Origin: Candidatus Latescibacterota bacterium
Lineage (GTDB): Bacteria > Latescibacterota > UBA2968
Assembly: GCA_965198115.1 (NCBI GenBank)
Contig: OZ240241.1
Span: 3,744,001-3,808,000, forward strand
Direction: 5' to 3'
DNA length: 64,000 nt
A model generated the notes under the pieces. The model saw only the letters and a list, made by a program, of their open reading frames with translations, searched no databases and was not told the DNA's origin. The position numbers and the translations under genes are program-made. This document shows positions 20,501 through 29,975 of this stretch, piece by piece. The first letter of the stretch is position 1. Each line of letters opens with the position of its first letter.

Positions 20501-21708
20501 CGATGATCAACCACCCCGAAATCGCCGAAACCTTCGACACCAGCGAAATCGACCTGATCCTCGATGGGCTGAACGACCTGCTGACGGACCGGGTCTATGA
20601 AGCAGAGCGAGAGCTGTTGGAAGATGTGTTTCCAGAGCTCCTCGATCGTCACAAAGACACACTCGGGAAGTTCCACACCAGCCAGTGGCGCTCGATCGTC
20701 AAGCGACTCGAGAGCTACGTCGAAGACGGTCGCCAGCGCGATCTGTTCGACACGACCATCGAAACGATGGAAGACTACGACATCACCGACGACGAAGCGG
20801 CCGCCCTACTCGACACGAACCTCGCTCGTCTCGTCGCCGTCGTTCGACCCACCGATCGGGACCTCCTGACGACGCACGCTCGACACCGCGAATTCCACCA
20901 GGTTTACGATGCCATCCTGCGTGTACGGAATCTTCGACAGCTCAAACGGATCTACAAAGAGGTCTATCTGATCCTGCAGGACACGATCTCCTACGCGAGT
21001 CGCGAACACCCATCAAAAGAGAAGCCGTCGACGCGTCTGCAGGGTGGGGACGAGGCAGAAGAGGTCACGCGGTCGCCCTACGCCACGGAGAAGGGATACC
21101 TCAAATACGCGCGAAAGGAGCTTGGACGGCTCACCAAACTGATGAGCGATTTCGTGCTCGAGCGCACCCTGGCCGATCGGCTCCGCATCGTCCAGTCGGA
21201 AATCACGAAGCTGCGCCAGGTCGTCGTGGGCACCCATCAGATCCTCTGCGTGCCGAGCAAAGACGTCAGCATCATCTACCGAAGCTGGCCGGGCAACGAC
21301 TGCAACACGGGAGACATCAAGCAGATCCTTTGCCCCGACGGCTCCTTTTACAAGATCATCGCGGACGGGCACTGGAAGGGCTACTTCACGCTCGTCGAGC
21401 TCCGTCGTCGCAACCAGCGCGGATTTTTGCTCGACGTGTTGAACTTCAGCGGGCTGCGGATGGACAACGAGAGTTTCGTCAAGGTCCTGATGCACCAGAT
21501 CATCCAAACCGCACAGGCTGAGGGCGTCGACTACGTCCTGGCCAGCCCGAACGACGTCCATCTGTCGAACCGCGATTACATTCGACGCGCCTTCCGAAAA
21601 GTCTTCCCCGTTCTTGGTACCGAGCAGACCTTCGGTCTCATCAACGAACCCCGAGCCAACTTCCAATCGCTTCAACCGAACCTCGCCGTCGTCTGGAAAC
21701 GGGACTGA
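17489..21708 (+). CDS. Giant M20-like metallopeptidase - HEAT/helical repeat - C-terminal alpha/beta domain protein
   Basis: ORF 17665-21708 (1,347 aa) has AHMD, GADDKAG, QEERG, SMD, GGD, SHTTHE; HEAT-like AIPPLIDLL..AEWALDAIGRPALDP. Probable true start GTG 17489 with one G missing at 17572-17575. Confidence 0.8.
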
Positions 21709-21721
21709 CCACGACGATTGG

Positions 21722-21760
21722 TTCGTCTCTCGATTCTCAATCCTCAATTTTCGATTCTCC
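21722..21760. repeat. Degenerate heptamer tandem repeat
   Basis: TCGATTC TCAATCC TCAATTT TCGATTC units in the intergenic gap. Confidence 0.6.
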
Positions 21761-21767
21761 ATCACCA

Positions 21768-22673
21768 ATGCCCGAGTATCCTGATGTCGAAGTCTACGTC
21801 CGATGCCTCAGGAAGCGCGTCGTCGACCAGGTCATCGAAGACGCCCGCATCGCCAGTCCCTTCGTCGTCAGAACCTACGATCCACCGATCGGCGACATCG
21901 TTGGAAAGCGAATCCTGACCGTCAGCCGTCTCGGCAAGCGTATCGTCCTCGGCCTCCAGGATGACCTCCATTTCGTCCTGCATCTGATGATCGCCGGCCG
22001 GCTCCGCTGGAAAGAGCGCGGCGTCAAGCTTGCCCGCCGCCTCGGTCTGGCCGCGATCGATTTCTCCGACGGCAGCCTCAGCTTCACCGAAGCCGGAACG
22101 AAGAAACGTGCTTCGATCCATCTCGTCCGCGGCAGAGACACCTTGACCGAATTCGATCGCGGCGGCATCGAGGTGTTCGAAGCTTCCATCGACGCCTTCG
22201 ATCGTGCACTCCGGTGCGAAAACCACACCCTCAAGCGTTCCCTCACCGATCCTCGTCTCTTCTCCGGCATCGGCAACGCCTACTCAGACGAAATCCTGCA
22301 TCGTGCCGGACTTTCCCCCCTCAAGCACTCGACCCGGCTGACCGAAGACGAAGTCGAGCGACTCTTCGAAGCCACACGTGACACCCTCGCCGAATGGACC
22401 GAGCGACTCGAAGAGGAGGTCGGCGACGGGTTCCCCGACAAGGTCACCGCCTTCCATCCGGAAATGGCCGTCCACGGCAAGTATGATCAGCCCTGCCCCG
22501 AATGCGATTCCCCCGTCCAGCGCATCCGCTATGCCGAGAACGAATGCAACTACTGCGCAACGTGCCAGACCGACGGTAAGGTCCTCGCCGACCGAGGTCT
22601 CTCGCGCCTGCTCAAGCAAGACTGGCCCCGAACGTTAGAAGACCTCGAAGAACTTCGAAAACCAAACCCATGA
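21768..22673 (+). CDS. Fpg/Nei family DNA glycosylase
   Basis: MPEYPDV N-terminus, RLGK, HLMIAG, SGIGNAYSDEILH (H2TH), C-terminal CxxC..CxxC finger. Confidence 0.93.
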   Translation: MPEYPDVEVYVRCLRKRVVDQVIEDARIASPFVVRTYDPPIGDIVGKRILTVSRLGKRIVLGLQDDLHFVLHLMIAGRLRWKERGVKLARRLGLAAIDFSDGSLSFTEAGTKKRASIHLVRGRDTLTEFDRGGIEVFEASIDAFDRALRCENHTLKRSLTDPRLFSGIGNAYSDEILHRAGLSPLKHSTRLTEDEVERLFEATRDTLAEWTERLEEEVGDGFPDKVTAFHPEMAVHGKYDQPCPECDSPVQRIRYAENECNYCATCQTDGKVLADRGLSRLLKQDWPRTLEDLEELRKPNP

Positions 22674-23101
22674 AACACGAAGACGCGAAGACACCAAGAA
22701 AGGCGATGAGGCACCCTTCTCTGTCGGAGGAGGAGGAGAAATCGGGGTCCGAGATCGTCGATGTAGCATTTGCCGTACACGCTGCGATGGGTTCTGGACT
22801 CTTGGAGAGCATTTACGAAAAGTGCTTTGGCCACGAGCTCGGTCTTCGTGGCTTGAAAGTTGATCGTCAGGTCTCCATCCCTATTCGATACAAAGATCTT
22901 GACTTGAAGGACGGACTTAGATTGGATGTGTTGGTCGAGGATAAGGTGATCTGCGAGATTAAGGCGACCAATTCCGACACAGCAATCTTCGAGGCACAAC
23001 TGCTCACCTACATGAAACTCAGCCAGAAACGCCTCGGCTTCCTCATCAACTTCAACGTTCCCAAGATCGAGGACGGGATCACCCGAATGGTCCTTCGATG
23101 A
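22670..23101 (+). CDS. GxxExxY protein (PD-(D/E)XK nuclease-like)
   Basis: GSGLLESIYE, RLDVLVEDKVICEIKA, AQLLTYMKL, GFLINF; ATGA overlap with the glycosylase gene. Confidence 0.93.
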   Translation: MKHEDAKTPRKAMRHPSLSEEEEKSGSEIVDVAFAVHAAMGSGLLESIYEKCFGHELGLRGLKVDRQVSIPIRYKDLDLKDGLRLDVLVEDKVICEIKATNSDTAIFEAQLLTYMKLSQKRLGFLINFNVPKIEDGITRMVLR

Positions 23102-23142
23102 TTCCCCACCGGGTCTCCTTCGTGTCTTCGCGCCTTCGGGTT
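22674..23142. repeat. 25-bp inverted repeats (9-bp periodic) bracketing the GxxExxY gene
   Basis: AACACGAAGACGCGAAGACACCAAG (22674-22698) vs CTTCGTGTCTTCGCGCCTTCGGGTT (23118-23142): 22/25 complementary. Confidence 0.8.
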
Positions 23143-23165
23143 AGTCTTCTTCGTTTGGAGGTTCT

Positions 23166-24392
23166 ATGGGTGTTGACACCATAGAATTGCCAAACGGAAT
23201 ACGCGTCGTCGTGGAGCCGATGGCGGGGGCGAAATCTGTCGTGCTGGCGATGCGGTTCGGGTTTGGCGCGAAGGACGATCCGCACGATCGGTTGGGAATG
23301 GCTCGGATCGCGGAGGATGTCCTGTTCAAGGGCACACCCAGTCGGGATGCGCGGGAGGTCTTCGATGCGTTCGATGCCCTGGGCGTACGACGTGGGTCCT
23401 CGACGCAGGTCGAACACACGCAGTTCCAGGCGCAGTTTCTGCCAGAACATTTCGAATCCGTCTGTGCGCTCTACGAGGAAATGTTCAGCACGGCCTCGTT
23501 CCCCGCCGCGGAAGTCGACGTGACGAAGACCATCACGCTCGAGGAACTCAAGCGGCTCGAGGACAGTCCGATTCAACAGGCGATGCTGCTGACTTTCAAA
23601 GCCGCTCTGGGGGAACCGCTCGGGCGCGTGCCGCTCGGCGAACCGCAGACGCTCGAGCTGGTGACGCCAGCGGGCGTTCGGCGTTTCTGGACCGACCACT
23701 GTCGACCCGATACCCTCATCATCTCTGTCGCCGGCGGGATCGATCGAGAACGAGTCGTTGAAACGATCCAGGATGTCTTCGGTGGCTGGGCGAGCAATGG
23801 CACGGTTGAGCCGGATGACCACGCGGTGACGATCGTCGATCGTCAGGTCCATCACGAGAAAGAATCGGAACAGGAACACATCGGCATCGTCTTTGGATCG
23901 GTGCCGCGGGGACACGACTTCTACTATCCTGCGCAGGTGGCGATCGCCGTACTCTCAGGAAGCGGGTCGAGCCGGCTCTTTACCGAAGTGCGCGAGAAGC
24001 GTGGACTGGCCTACAGTGTCTCCGCCTTTTACAGGGCGCGAAGGAACGGTGGCCTGATCGCCCTTTACGCCGGCACCACGGCCGATCGTGCGGAGGAAAC
24101 GCTTCGTGTGTGTCGTCACGAAGTCGCCAGATTGGCCGAGGATGTGACCCGAGACGAGCTCGGGCGCGCCAAGACCGTCCTCAAGGGCGGTTTGTTCACG
24201 ACCGGTGATCTTCCCGAGGGGCGAGCGAGCAGCCTTCTCGAAGACGTGTTCCTCGACGGAAACACGCGGACGATCCAGGAAATCGCTGACCGGGTCGACA
24301 GCGTCACGCTCGACCAGATCTCGACCTACCTCAGAGCACACCCCACCGAACCCCAAACCATCGTCACCCTCGGCCCGAAACCTCTGAACTGA
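23166..24392 (+). CDS. M16 peptidase, non-catalytic subunit
   Basis: HXXEH replaced by RIAED; retains SRLFTEVREKRGLAYSV. Confidence 0.9.
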   Translation: MGVDTIELPNGIRVVVEPMAGAKSVVLAMRFGFGAKDDPHDRLGMARIAEDVLFKGTPSRDAREVFDAFDALGVRRGSSTQVEHTQFQAQFLPEHFESVCALYEEMFSTASFPAAEVDVTKTITLEELKRLEDSPIQQAMLLTFKAALGEPLGRVPLGEPQTLELVTPAGVRRFWTDHCRPDTLIISVAGGIDRERVVETIQDVFGGWASNGTVEPDDHAVTIVDRQVHHEKESEQEHIGIVFGSVPRGHDFYYPAQVAIAVLSGSGSSRLFTEVREKRGLAYSVSAFYRARRNGGLIALYAGTTADRAEETLRVCRHEVARLAEDVTRDELGRAKTVLKGGLFTTGDLPEGRASSLLEDVFLDGNTRTIQEIADRVDSVTLDQISTYLRAHPTEPQTIVTLGPKPLN

Positions 24393-24402
24393 CCGACCCG
24401 GA

Positions 24403-25674
24403 GTGTCGACAAAGCACATATCTCGGATCCAAATGAACTCACCATTCAGCAAACACACACTCAATAACGGCCTCACTCTCCTCTTCGAGGCCATCCCGAG
24501 AATCAACTCCGCCGCCGTCGGCTTTTTCGCGAACACCGGATCACGCGACGAGGCAGCCGAACAGGGCGGCATCTCGCACTTCCTCGAACATATGTGCTTC
24601 AAAGGAACCAGTAAGCGAGACTGGCGGCAGCTGAGTCTCGATGTCGATGACCTCGGCGCCACGTGGAATGCCTACACGTGGTGGGAAGGCACCGCCTATT
24701 TCCATTGGGTTCAGAGCGAGCGGGCGACGCAGTCGATCGAGATCCTCGCCGATATGATGCGATCGACGATTCCGAACGAGGAATTCGACACCGAGAAAAA
24801 GGTCATCCTCGAAGAGATCGCGATGTATCACGACCGTCCCGATTCGCTCATCTTCGACGAGCTGATCAGAACCGCCTTTCCCGATCATCCACTGGGACAA
24901 TCCGTGATCGGTACGGAGGACACCGTCGGCGCGCTGACCCGCGATCAGATGGCCGATTACTACGCGCGTCGATACGCACCTGACAATATGACGTTCATCG
25001 TAACCGGAAAGTTTGACCAGGACGAAATCGTCGCCACCGTCGAATCGCTCTGCGGCGACTGGACGCCCGGCGAATCGGGACGCGAACAGCCTGACCCGAC
25101 GTTCACAGGACAGACCCACGTGGTGGAACGCGACAACGTGACCCGCGAACACGTCACGATGGCCTTCCCGGCGCCGTTCGGCGCCAGTCCAGATGCCACG
25201 ACGGCAGAGATGCTCTCATCCTACCTGGGCGCATCGACCAACAGTCGCCTGTATTGGGCGGTCGTTCAGAACGGATTGGCCGACGAAGCCACAGCGGACT
25301 ACATCGGTCTCAGCGATACCGGACTGTTCTACATTTATCTCTCCGTCGATCCGAGCCGAACCGAAGAAGCCCTCGACGTCGTGCGCAGGGAATGCCGAGC
25401 CCTACACGAGCAGATCGATGGCGAATCACTCGAGCGCGCCAAGACCAGGGCCGCAACGTCCGTCGTGTGCAGCGGTGAGCATGGGCTACAGCGTTTCGGT
25501 CAGCTCGTCGGCGATATCAGCTGCAACGCCCCCCTCCGATCGCTCGATCAGCAGATCGACGAGATTCGCGCCGTCGATGCGGATCGAATCGCGGCCTACC
25601 TCGCGACCTATCCCCTCGACCGAGAACCCGCACTCGTCGCCCTCGGTCCGCTGTCTGACCTATCTCGTGCCTAA
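24403..25674 (+). CDS. M16 peptidase, catalytic subunit
   Basis: GSRDE..GISHFLEHMCFKGT, NAYT, EKKVILEE. Start may be ATG 24433. Confidence 0.92.
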   Translation: MSTKHISRIQMNSPFSKHTLNNGLTLLFEAIPRINSAAVGFFANTGSRDEAAEQGGISHFLEHMCFKGTSKRDWRQLSLDVDDLGATWNAYTWWEGTAYFHWVQSERATQSIEILADMMRSTIPNEEFDTEKKVILEEIAMYHDRPDSLIFDELIRTAFPDHPLGQSVIGTEDTVGALTRDQMADYYARRYAPDNMTFIVTGKFDQDEIVATVESLCGDWTPGESGREQPDPTFTGQTHVVERDNVTREHVTMAFPAPFGASPDATTAEMLSSYLGASTNSRLYWAVVQNGLADEATADYIGLSDTGLFYIYLSVDPSRTEEALDVVRRECRALHEQIDGESLERAKTRAATSVVCSGEHGLQRFGQLVGDISCNAPLRSLDQQIDEIRAVDADRIAAYLATYPLDREPALVALGPLSDLSRA

Positions 25675-25720
25675 CAGTTTGTTAAGTGCCATATAATCAA
25701 GTACATAAGATTTCTACCTT

Positions 25721-25744
25721 AAAAGTGGCCCCGGGGCCACTTTT
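25721..25744. repeat. Perfect 24-bp palindrome
   Basis: AAAAGTGGCCCC-GGGGCCACTTTT, no spacer, between convergent genes. Confidence 0.85.
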
Positions 25745-25806
25745 TTAAACCAGGATAGACTGACGTCCGTCTGGGTCGAGCAACAGGCAATGTCCAAAAA
25801 CACGAA

Positions 25807-25833
25807 GCCCCGATTGATTCATCCAATCGGGGC
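25807..25833. terminator. Hairpin between convergent genes (possible terminator)
   Basis: GCCCCGATTG-ATTCATC-CAATCGGGGC. Confidence 0.55.
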
Positions 25834-25929
25834 CCTCAATCGCTGGTCTCTATCTATCAAACGTGTTAGTCAACCGCCTGCCTACCCGAGCGACAAAGTC
25901 GCGTAGGGCCACCGCCTACCGTCTATCCG

Positions 25930-26808
25930 CTACCCCTTGAACGCGGTCACCTCGAACAGATCGATCCGTCTCTCCATTCCTCGTATCGTCGTCTCTCCCA
26001 GACGTTCGGTTTCGTAGTCGTCCTTGTTCCTGAGCTTGTCGTACGTGTCTCCGGTAATGATGAGACTGGCGCCAATCTCCTTCGTCAGACCCTCGCAGCG
26101 GGCAGCGAGATTGACCGTGCTCCCGAACGCGCAGGCATCCATCCGCTCCTGCGTGCCTGCAATACCCGTCGCTACGGTTCCCGAGTTCAGCCCGATCCCG
26201 ATGCGGATCGGATCGTAGCCCGCCCTCGCCCGTCCTGCGTTGTAATTCGGAATCACCTCACCCAGCAGATGCAACGAGGCCTGCACGGCATTGTCCGTGT
26301 ACTTTCCCTCCACCAGTGGGAACAGGGCCATAATGGAATCGCCAACGTACTGGTAGACGAACCCACCGTTTTCCCGGATCCCCGGCTCCATCACGGTAAA
26401 GAACGAGTTAAGAAACTTGAAACATTCCTGACACGGAATCGACTCGGTGAAAGAGGTGAAGTTGCGAATGTCCGTCGAGAGAACCGTGTAGTGACGCTCC
26501 ATCGACACGCCCCGCGAGACATCGAACCCCTTGCTGTCCATAATCCCGGACAGCGAGGCGGGGACGAACTTTTTGAACCGGCTGACCTGCTCTGTCAGCT
26601 CCTCGTTCTGCTCCTTCACGATGTCGTAGGCCGCATCCGCGGCCTTCTTGGCCAATTGGCGTTCCAGACTCCGCTTCTGCAAGCGTGCGTTCGCAGTCTC
26701 CAGGTCCGAGCGTGCCTCGGCCAGTTCCCGCTCCAGCTCCTGGATGCGGGTTGTATGGTCAGGATTGTCAGACAGGCGCGTCTCCGATGAGTCTGTGTCG
26801 TCAGACAC
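25930..26808 (-). CDS. Class III nucleotide cyclase with N-terminal coiled coil
   Basis: STDIRNFT, YVGDSIMALF, IGIGLNSG, GSTVNLAARCE. Confidence 0.9.
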   Translation of the reverse strand: MSDDTDSSETRLSDNPDHTTRIQELERELAEARSDLETANARLQKRSLERQLAKKAADAAYDIVKEQNEELTEQVSRFKKFVPASLSGIMDSKGFDVSRGVSMERHYTVLSTDIRNFTSFTESIPCQECFKFLNSFFTVMEPGIRENGGFVYQYVGDSIMALFPLVEGKYTDNAVQASLHLLGEVIPNYNAGRARAGYDPIRIGIGLNSGTVATGIAGTQERMDACAFGSTVNLAARCEGLTKEIGASLIITGDTYDKLRNKDDYETERLGETTIRGMERRIDLFEVTAFKG

Positions 26809-26811
26809 GGT

Positions 26812-28053
26812 TCAGGCGGTCTCGATCTCGAGAGTGGGGAACGCAGACAGCACGTCATCGAGTGTCTTTGTCCCTTGGAACAACGAAAGCACGCGCGTAA
26901 GCACGCCGTCGACGATGGCGTCCGGGCAAGAGGCCCCACACGTCAACGCAATGCGGAAGGGCGGGGGCCCAAGCCAATTTTGGCTCGTCACCACCTTACG
27001 GTTCTTCAGATCGAAGTGCCGAATCTCCTGGTCGGACAGGATTTCCTCCGAGTTCCGAATGAAATAGGTCGGCATCTCATCCGTGCATAAATCGACGATG
27101 TGAGACGTGTTGGACGAATTGTATCCCCCGACGATGATCGCCAGATCCGCGCCCTCCTCGATCAGGGCATACGTCGCATTCTGGTTCTCGTTGGTCGCAT
27201 AGCACAGGGTGTCGGTCGTATCGGCAAAGTGTTCGCCGATGTTGTCGGCTCCGTATCGATCGATCAACGCCTGGCGAATGCGACGAGCGATCTCACGCGT
27301 CTCGGTCGCCAGCATCGTCGTCTGGTTGACGACACCCAGTCGCTTCAGGTGAACCTGGGGATCGAACCCGTCCGAGCACTTTTCCTCAAAAATCTCCGGG
27401 AAGACATTCGACTCCACGTCCCCCCGAACCACGTCGCATAAAACGTCGGCTTCCTCCAGGTCTCGAACGATCACCGTTGGAGCGTTCCGGACGCTGTGAG
27501 AAAAGGTCGCCCGCGTTTCTTCGTGTCGCACCTTACCGTGAACTACCACGGCGTAGCCAGCTTCACCCAGCTCTTCGCTCCGAGTCCAGACTTTCTCGAC
27601 GAATGGACAGGTGGTGTTGTAAGTGTACGGGTCGATGTCTCGCGCCTCAAGGGCCTCCTGAATTTCAACGGTCGTCCCGAAGGCCGGAACGACGACGATG
27701 TCGTCCGGCTTCAACTCGGACCAGGGAATAATCTGTTCTCCCCCGGGGGTGAAGATGAATCGCACGCCACGATCTTCCAGATCCGTATTCACGTCGGGAT
27801 TGTGAATCATCTCGCTCAGAAAAAACACGCGGTCGTCGGGATGGGCTTCGAGCGTTTTGTAGGCGATCTCGATCGCGTTTTCGACGCCGAAGCAAAACCC
27901 GAAGTGGCGGGCGAGCGTGAAGCGCACCGGGCCGAAATCCAAAACCGCCGGGGAGAGATCTCGCTTGAGCGGATCGGCCTCACGGCGCGACGACTTGACG
28001 CGTCCGATGATCGGGCTTCGGTAGGAATCGGGAATGTCGAAGGTGCGTGCCAC
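26812..28053 (-). CDS. ispH: 4-hydroxy-3-methylbut-2-enyl diphosphate reductase
   Basis: FGFCFGV, IHNP, TTCPFV, HEET, NQTT, TLCYAT..NQ, GGYNSSNT, GASCP. Confidence 0.96.
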   Translation of the reverse strand: MARTFDIPDSYRSPIIGRVKSSRREADPLKRDLSPAVLDFGPVRFTLARHFGFCFGVENAIEIAYKTLEAHPDDRVFFLSEMIHNPDVNTDLEDRGVRFIFTPGGEQIIPWSELKPDDIVVVPAFGTTVEIQEALEARDIDPYTYNTTCPFVEKVWTRSEELGEAGYAVVVHGKVRHEETRATFSHSVRNAPTVIVRDLEEADVLCDVVRGDVESNVFPEIFEEKCSDGFDPQVHLKRLGVVNQTTMLATETREIARRIRQALIDRYGADNIGEHFADTTDTLCYATNENQNATYALIEEGADLAIIVGGYNSSNTSHIVDLCTDEMPTYFIRNSEEILSDQEIRHFDLKNRKVVTSQNWLGPPPFRIALTCGASCPDAIVDGVLTRVLSLFQGTKTLDDVLSAFPTLEIETA

Positions 28054-28084
28054 GGGGCTCCGTCGTTGTCGGTTCGATCAGCGT

Positions 28085-29098
28085 TTAGTGAGGCAACGTC
28101 ACGGGCTGGCCTGATTCGATCGAGTCGTAAGCGGCCAGCGCGATCTCCGTGGCCGCTCGGCCGTCCTGACCGCCCACGGGTGCGGGTTCTCCCAGGGCGA
28201 TAGCCTTCGCGAAGGCCTCGATCTCCTGGGCGACGGGTTTTAGCTCTTTCTCGAGCGAGGAGACCGGCACGAATCGCTCGTCCTCTTCGCCTACCTTCAC
28301 GGTCAGTCCGCCGTCTTCGCCCCAGAATCTTGGGAAAGTGATCGATCCACCCACGCAATCGACCCGCCCCCCATACCCACCGAGCGTGTTGGCATTGCTC
28401 GAATGGAGCGATCCGACCGACCCGTTCGCGTAGGACAATGACACCAGGGCCACATCCGGATAATCCTGGTCGCGATGGAGATACGTTCCCCCCGCGGCGT
28501 AGACGGTCCGAGCTTCGCCCATCACATTCCGCATGAAGTCGATTTCGTGGGCGTTGATTTCCATGAGGTTGCCCCCACTCTTCTCCCGTTGCAGGCGCCA
28601 GGGCACCTGCCATACGCCACCCAGGCCGCCACCCAATCGATGAACCGTCATACTCATCGGAACACCCAGGTCGCCTGACGTAACCAATCGCGCGACCTCG
28701 GTGTGAACAGGGTGGTAACGACACACCAGACCGACCCCGAGGGCAACCTGGTTCGAACGCGCAGCCTCGATGATTCGATCGCACGCCTCGAGCGAGGGTG
28801 CCAGTGGCTTTTCGCAAAAGACGTGCTTGCCGCTCTGTGCCGCGTCGACAGCCGGCGCCTCGTGCAGAAATCCGGGAGTCGCGATGAAAACCGCTTCCAC
28901 GTCTTCGCGCGTCAGTAGATCCTCATAAGCACTCGCAAAGTCGCACGTCAGATCCTCGGCCAGAACCCGTCCTTTTTCTTCGTCGACGTCGCTGACACAG
29001 ACGACTTTACAGCTCGAAAGACCGGCGGCATTCTCGGCCAGACTCCGGCCCATTACGCCGCACCCGATCAGGCCGAATTTCAACGGTTTATCACCCAA
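28085..29098 (-). CDS. Gfo/Idh/MocA family oxidoreductase
   Basis: GLIGCGVMG, GKHVFCEKP, SGGNLMEINAHEID. Confidence 0.92.
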   Translation of the reverse strand: MGDKPLKFGLIGCGVMGRSLAENAAGLSSCKVVCVSDVDEEKGRVLAEDLTCDFASAYEDLLTREDVEAVFIATPGFLHEAPAVDAAQSGKHVFCEKPLAPSLEACDRIIEAARSNQVALGVGLVCRYHPVHTEVARLVTSGDLGVPMSMTVHRLGGGLGGVWQVPWRLQREKSGGNLMEINAHEIDFMRNVMGEARTVYAAGGTYLHRDQDYPDVALVSLSYANGSVGSLHSSNANTLGGYGGRVDCVGGSITFPRFWGEDGGLTVKVGEEDERFVPVSSLEKELKPVAQEIEAFAKAIALGEPAPVGGQDGRAATEIALAAYDSIESGQPVTLPH

Positions 29099-29324
29099 AC
29101 AGCCACTCCTCCACCGTATTCGGATCGTGAAGGAATTAAGCCGACCCCTGCCGGACTGTCAACCGATTTGCCTGTTCACGGGAGCTCACCGCCTGTTCTG
29201 GCTTGCAAATTCGGGGTCGGACCCTACCTTGGATCCCGTTGCCAGGGCGCAACCTTCTTCAACCAATGTGCCAGAACGACGGAATCCATATCGAGCTGCG
29301 TCGTGGAGCCGACGGGTGGCAGTC

Positions 29325-29603
29325 GTGCAAGGAGACGAGCGTGAACGCACCCGACACGGAGGCCAATTGACCGTTGGCGAGCTGATCGATTTTCATCTCG
29401 CGATCCAGCAACCCGGTGCCCTCATCGGCTTCGACCAACTCTATGCCGATCGTATCGAGGCCCTGAAGCAGGCCATCCAGGAACACTACGGGTCGGAGGA
29501 AGCGTGGTTGTCGCTACCCGAAAGCTCGGAACTGCCCGATTCGGTCGAACAACACACACGGGAACTCGTCAAGCTGTATGAGGATTGGAAGAAAGAGAGC
29601 TGA
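29325..29603 (+). CDS. Hypothetical acidic helical protein
   Basis: Protein-like C-terminal part of ORF 29127-29603 from GTG 29325; start uncertain. Confidence 0.55.
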   Translation: MQGDERERTRHGGQLTVGELIDFHLAIQQPGALIGFDQLYADRIEALKQAIQEHYGSEEAWLSLPESSELPDSVEQHTRELVKLYEDWKKES

Positions 29604-29606
29604 GGC

Positions 29607-29975
29607 CTACAGATAGCCGTCGATACGGCCGTTCCGCCAGAGAGGGGCACGGTGAAGATCGCTGCCGATCGCGACATCGATGAACACCTTGCGGGGCGCA
29701 CCGTTGATTTCTCGGTATTCGTAGCCGACCACGCCGTGCTTGAGCAACTCGACAATCGTTTTGAATGCTTCGGCCAGTTTCTCTTTGGAGAGGTCGGTCA
29801 GATCCAGACCGCTACGGCCGAGGTCGAGAAACTGATCGACCAAATCCAACGCGTCGGACCGATCGAAAACCGACGCCATCGATGCAGGACCGCGTGCACC
29901 ACCCGGCGTCTGGTCAGCGAATTCGAGCAGCCTGGCTTCCACCGAGCTGGCGAACCCGTCATCGCCGATTCTCAC
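29607..29975 (-). CDS. Hypothetical protein (122 aa)
   Basis: Protein-like composition; convergent with the previous ORF with a 3-bp gap; no family recognised. Confidence 0.6.
   Translation of the reverse strand: MRIGDDGFASSVEARLLEFADQTPGGARGPASMASVFDRSDALDLVDQFLDLGRSGLDLTDLSKEKLAEAFKTIVELLKHGVVGYEYREINGAPRKVFIDVAIGSDLHRAPLWRNGRIDGYL

Noticed and set aside
23166-25674. Degenerate HXXEH in the first M16 gene as a novelty or pseudogene
   Set aside because: Active/inactive tandem M16B heterodimers are well known.
25930-26808. Pycsar anti-phage cyclase
   Set aside because: No adjacent TIR or transmembrane effector, and the gene is coupled to housekeeping ispH.
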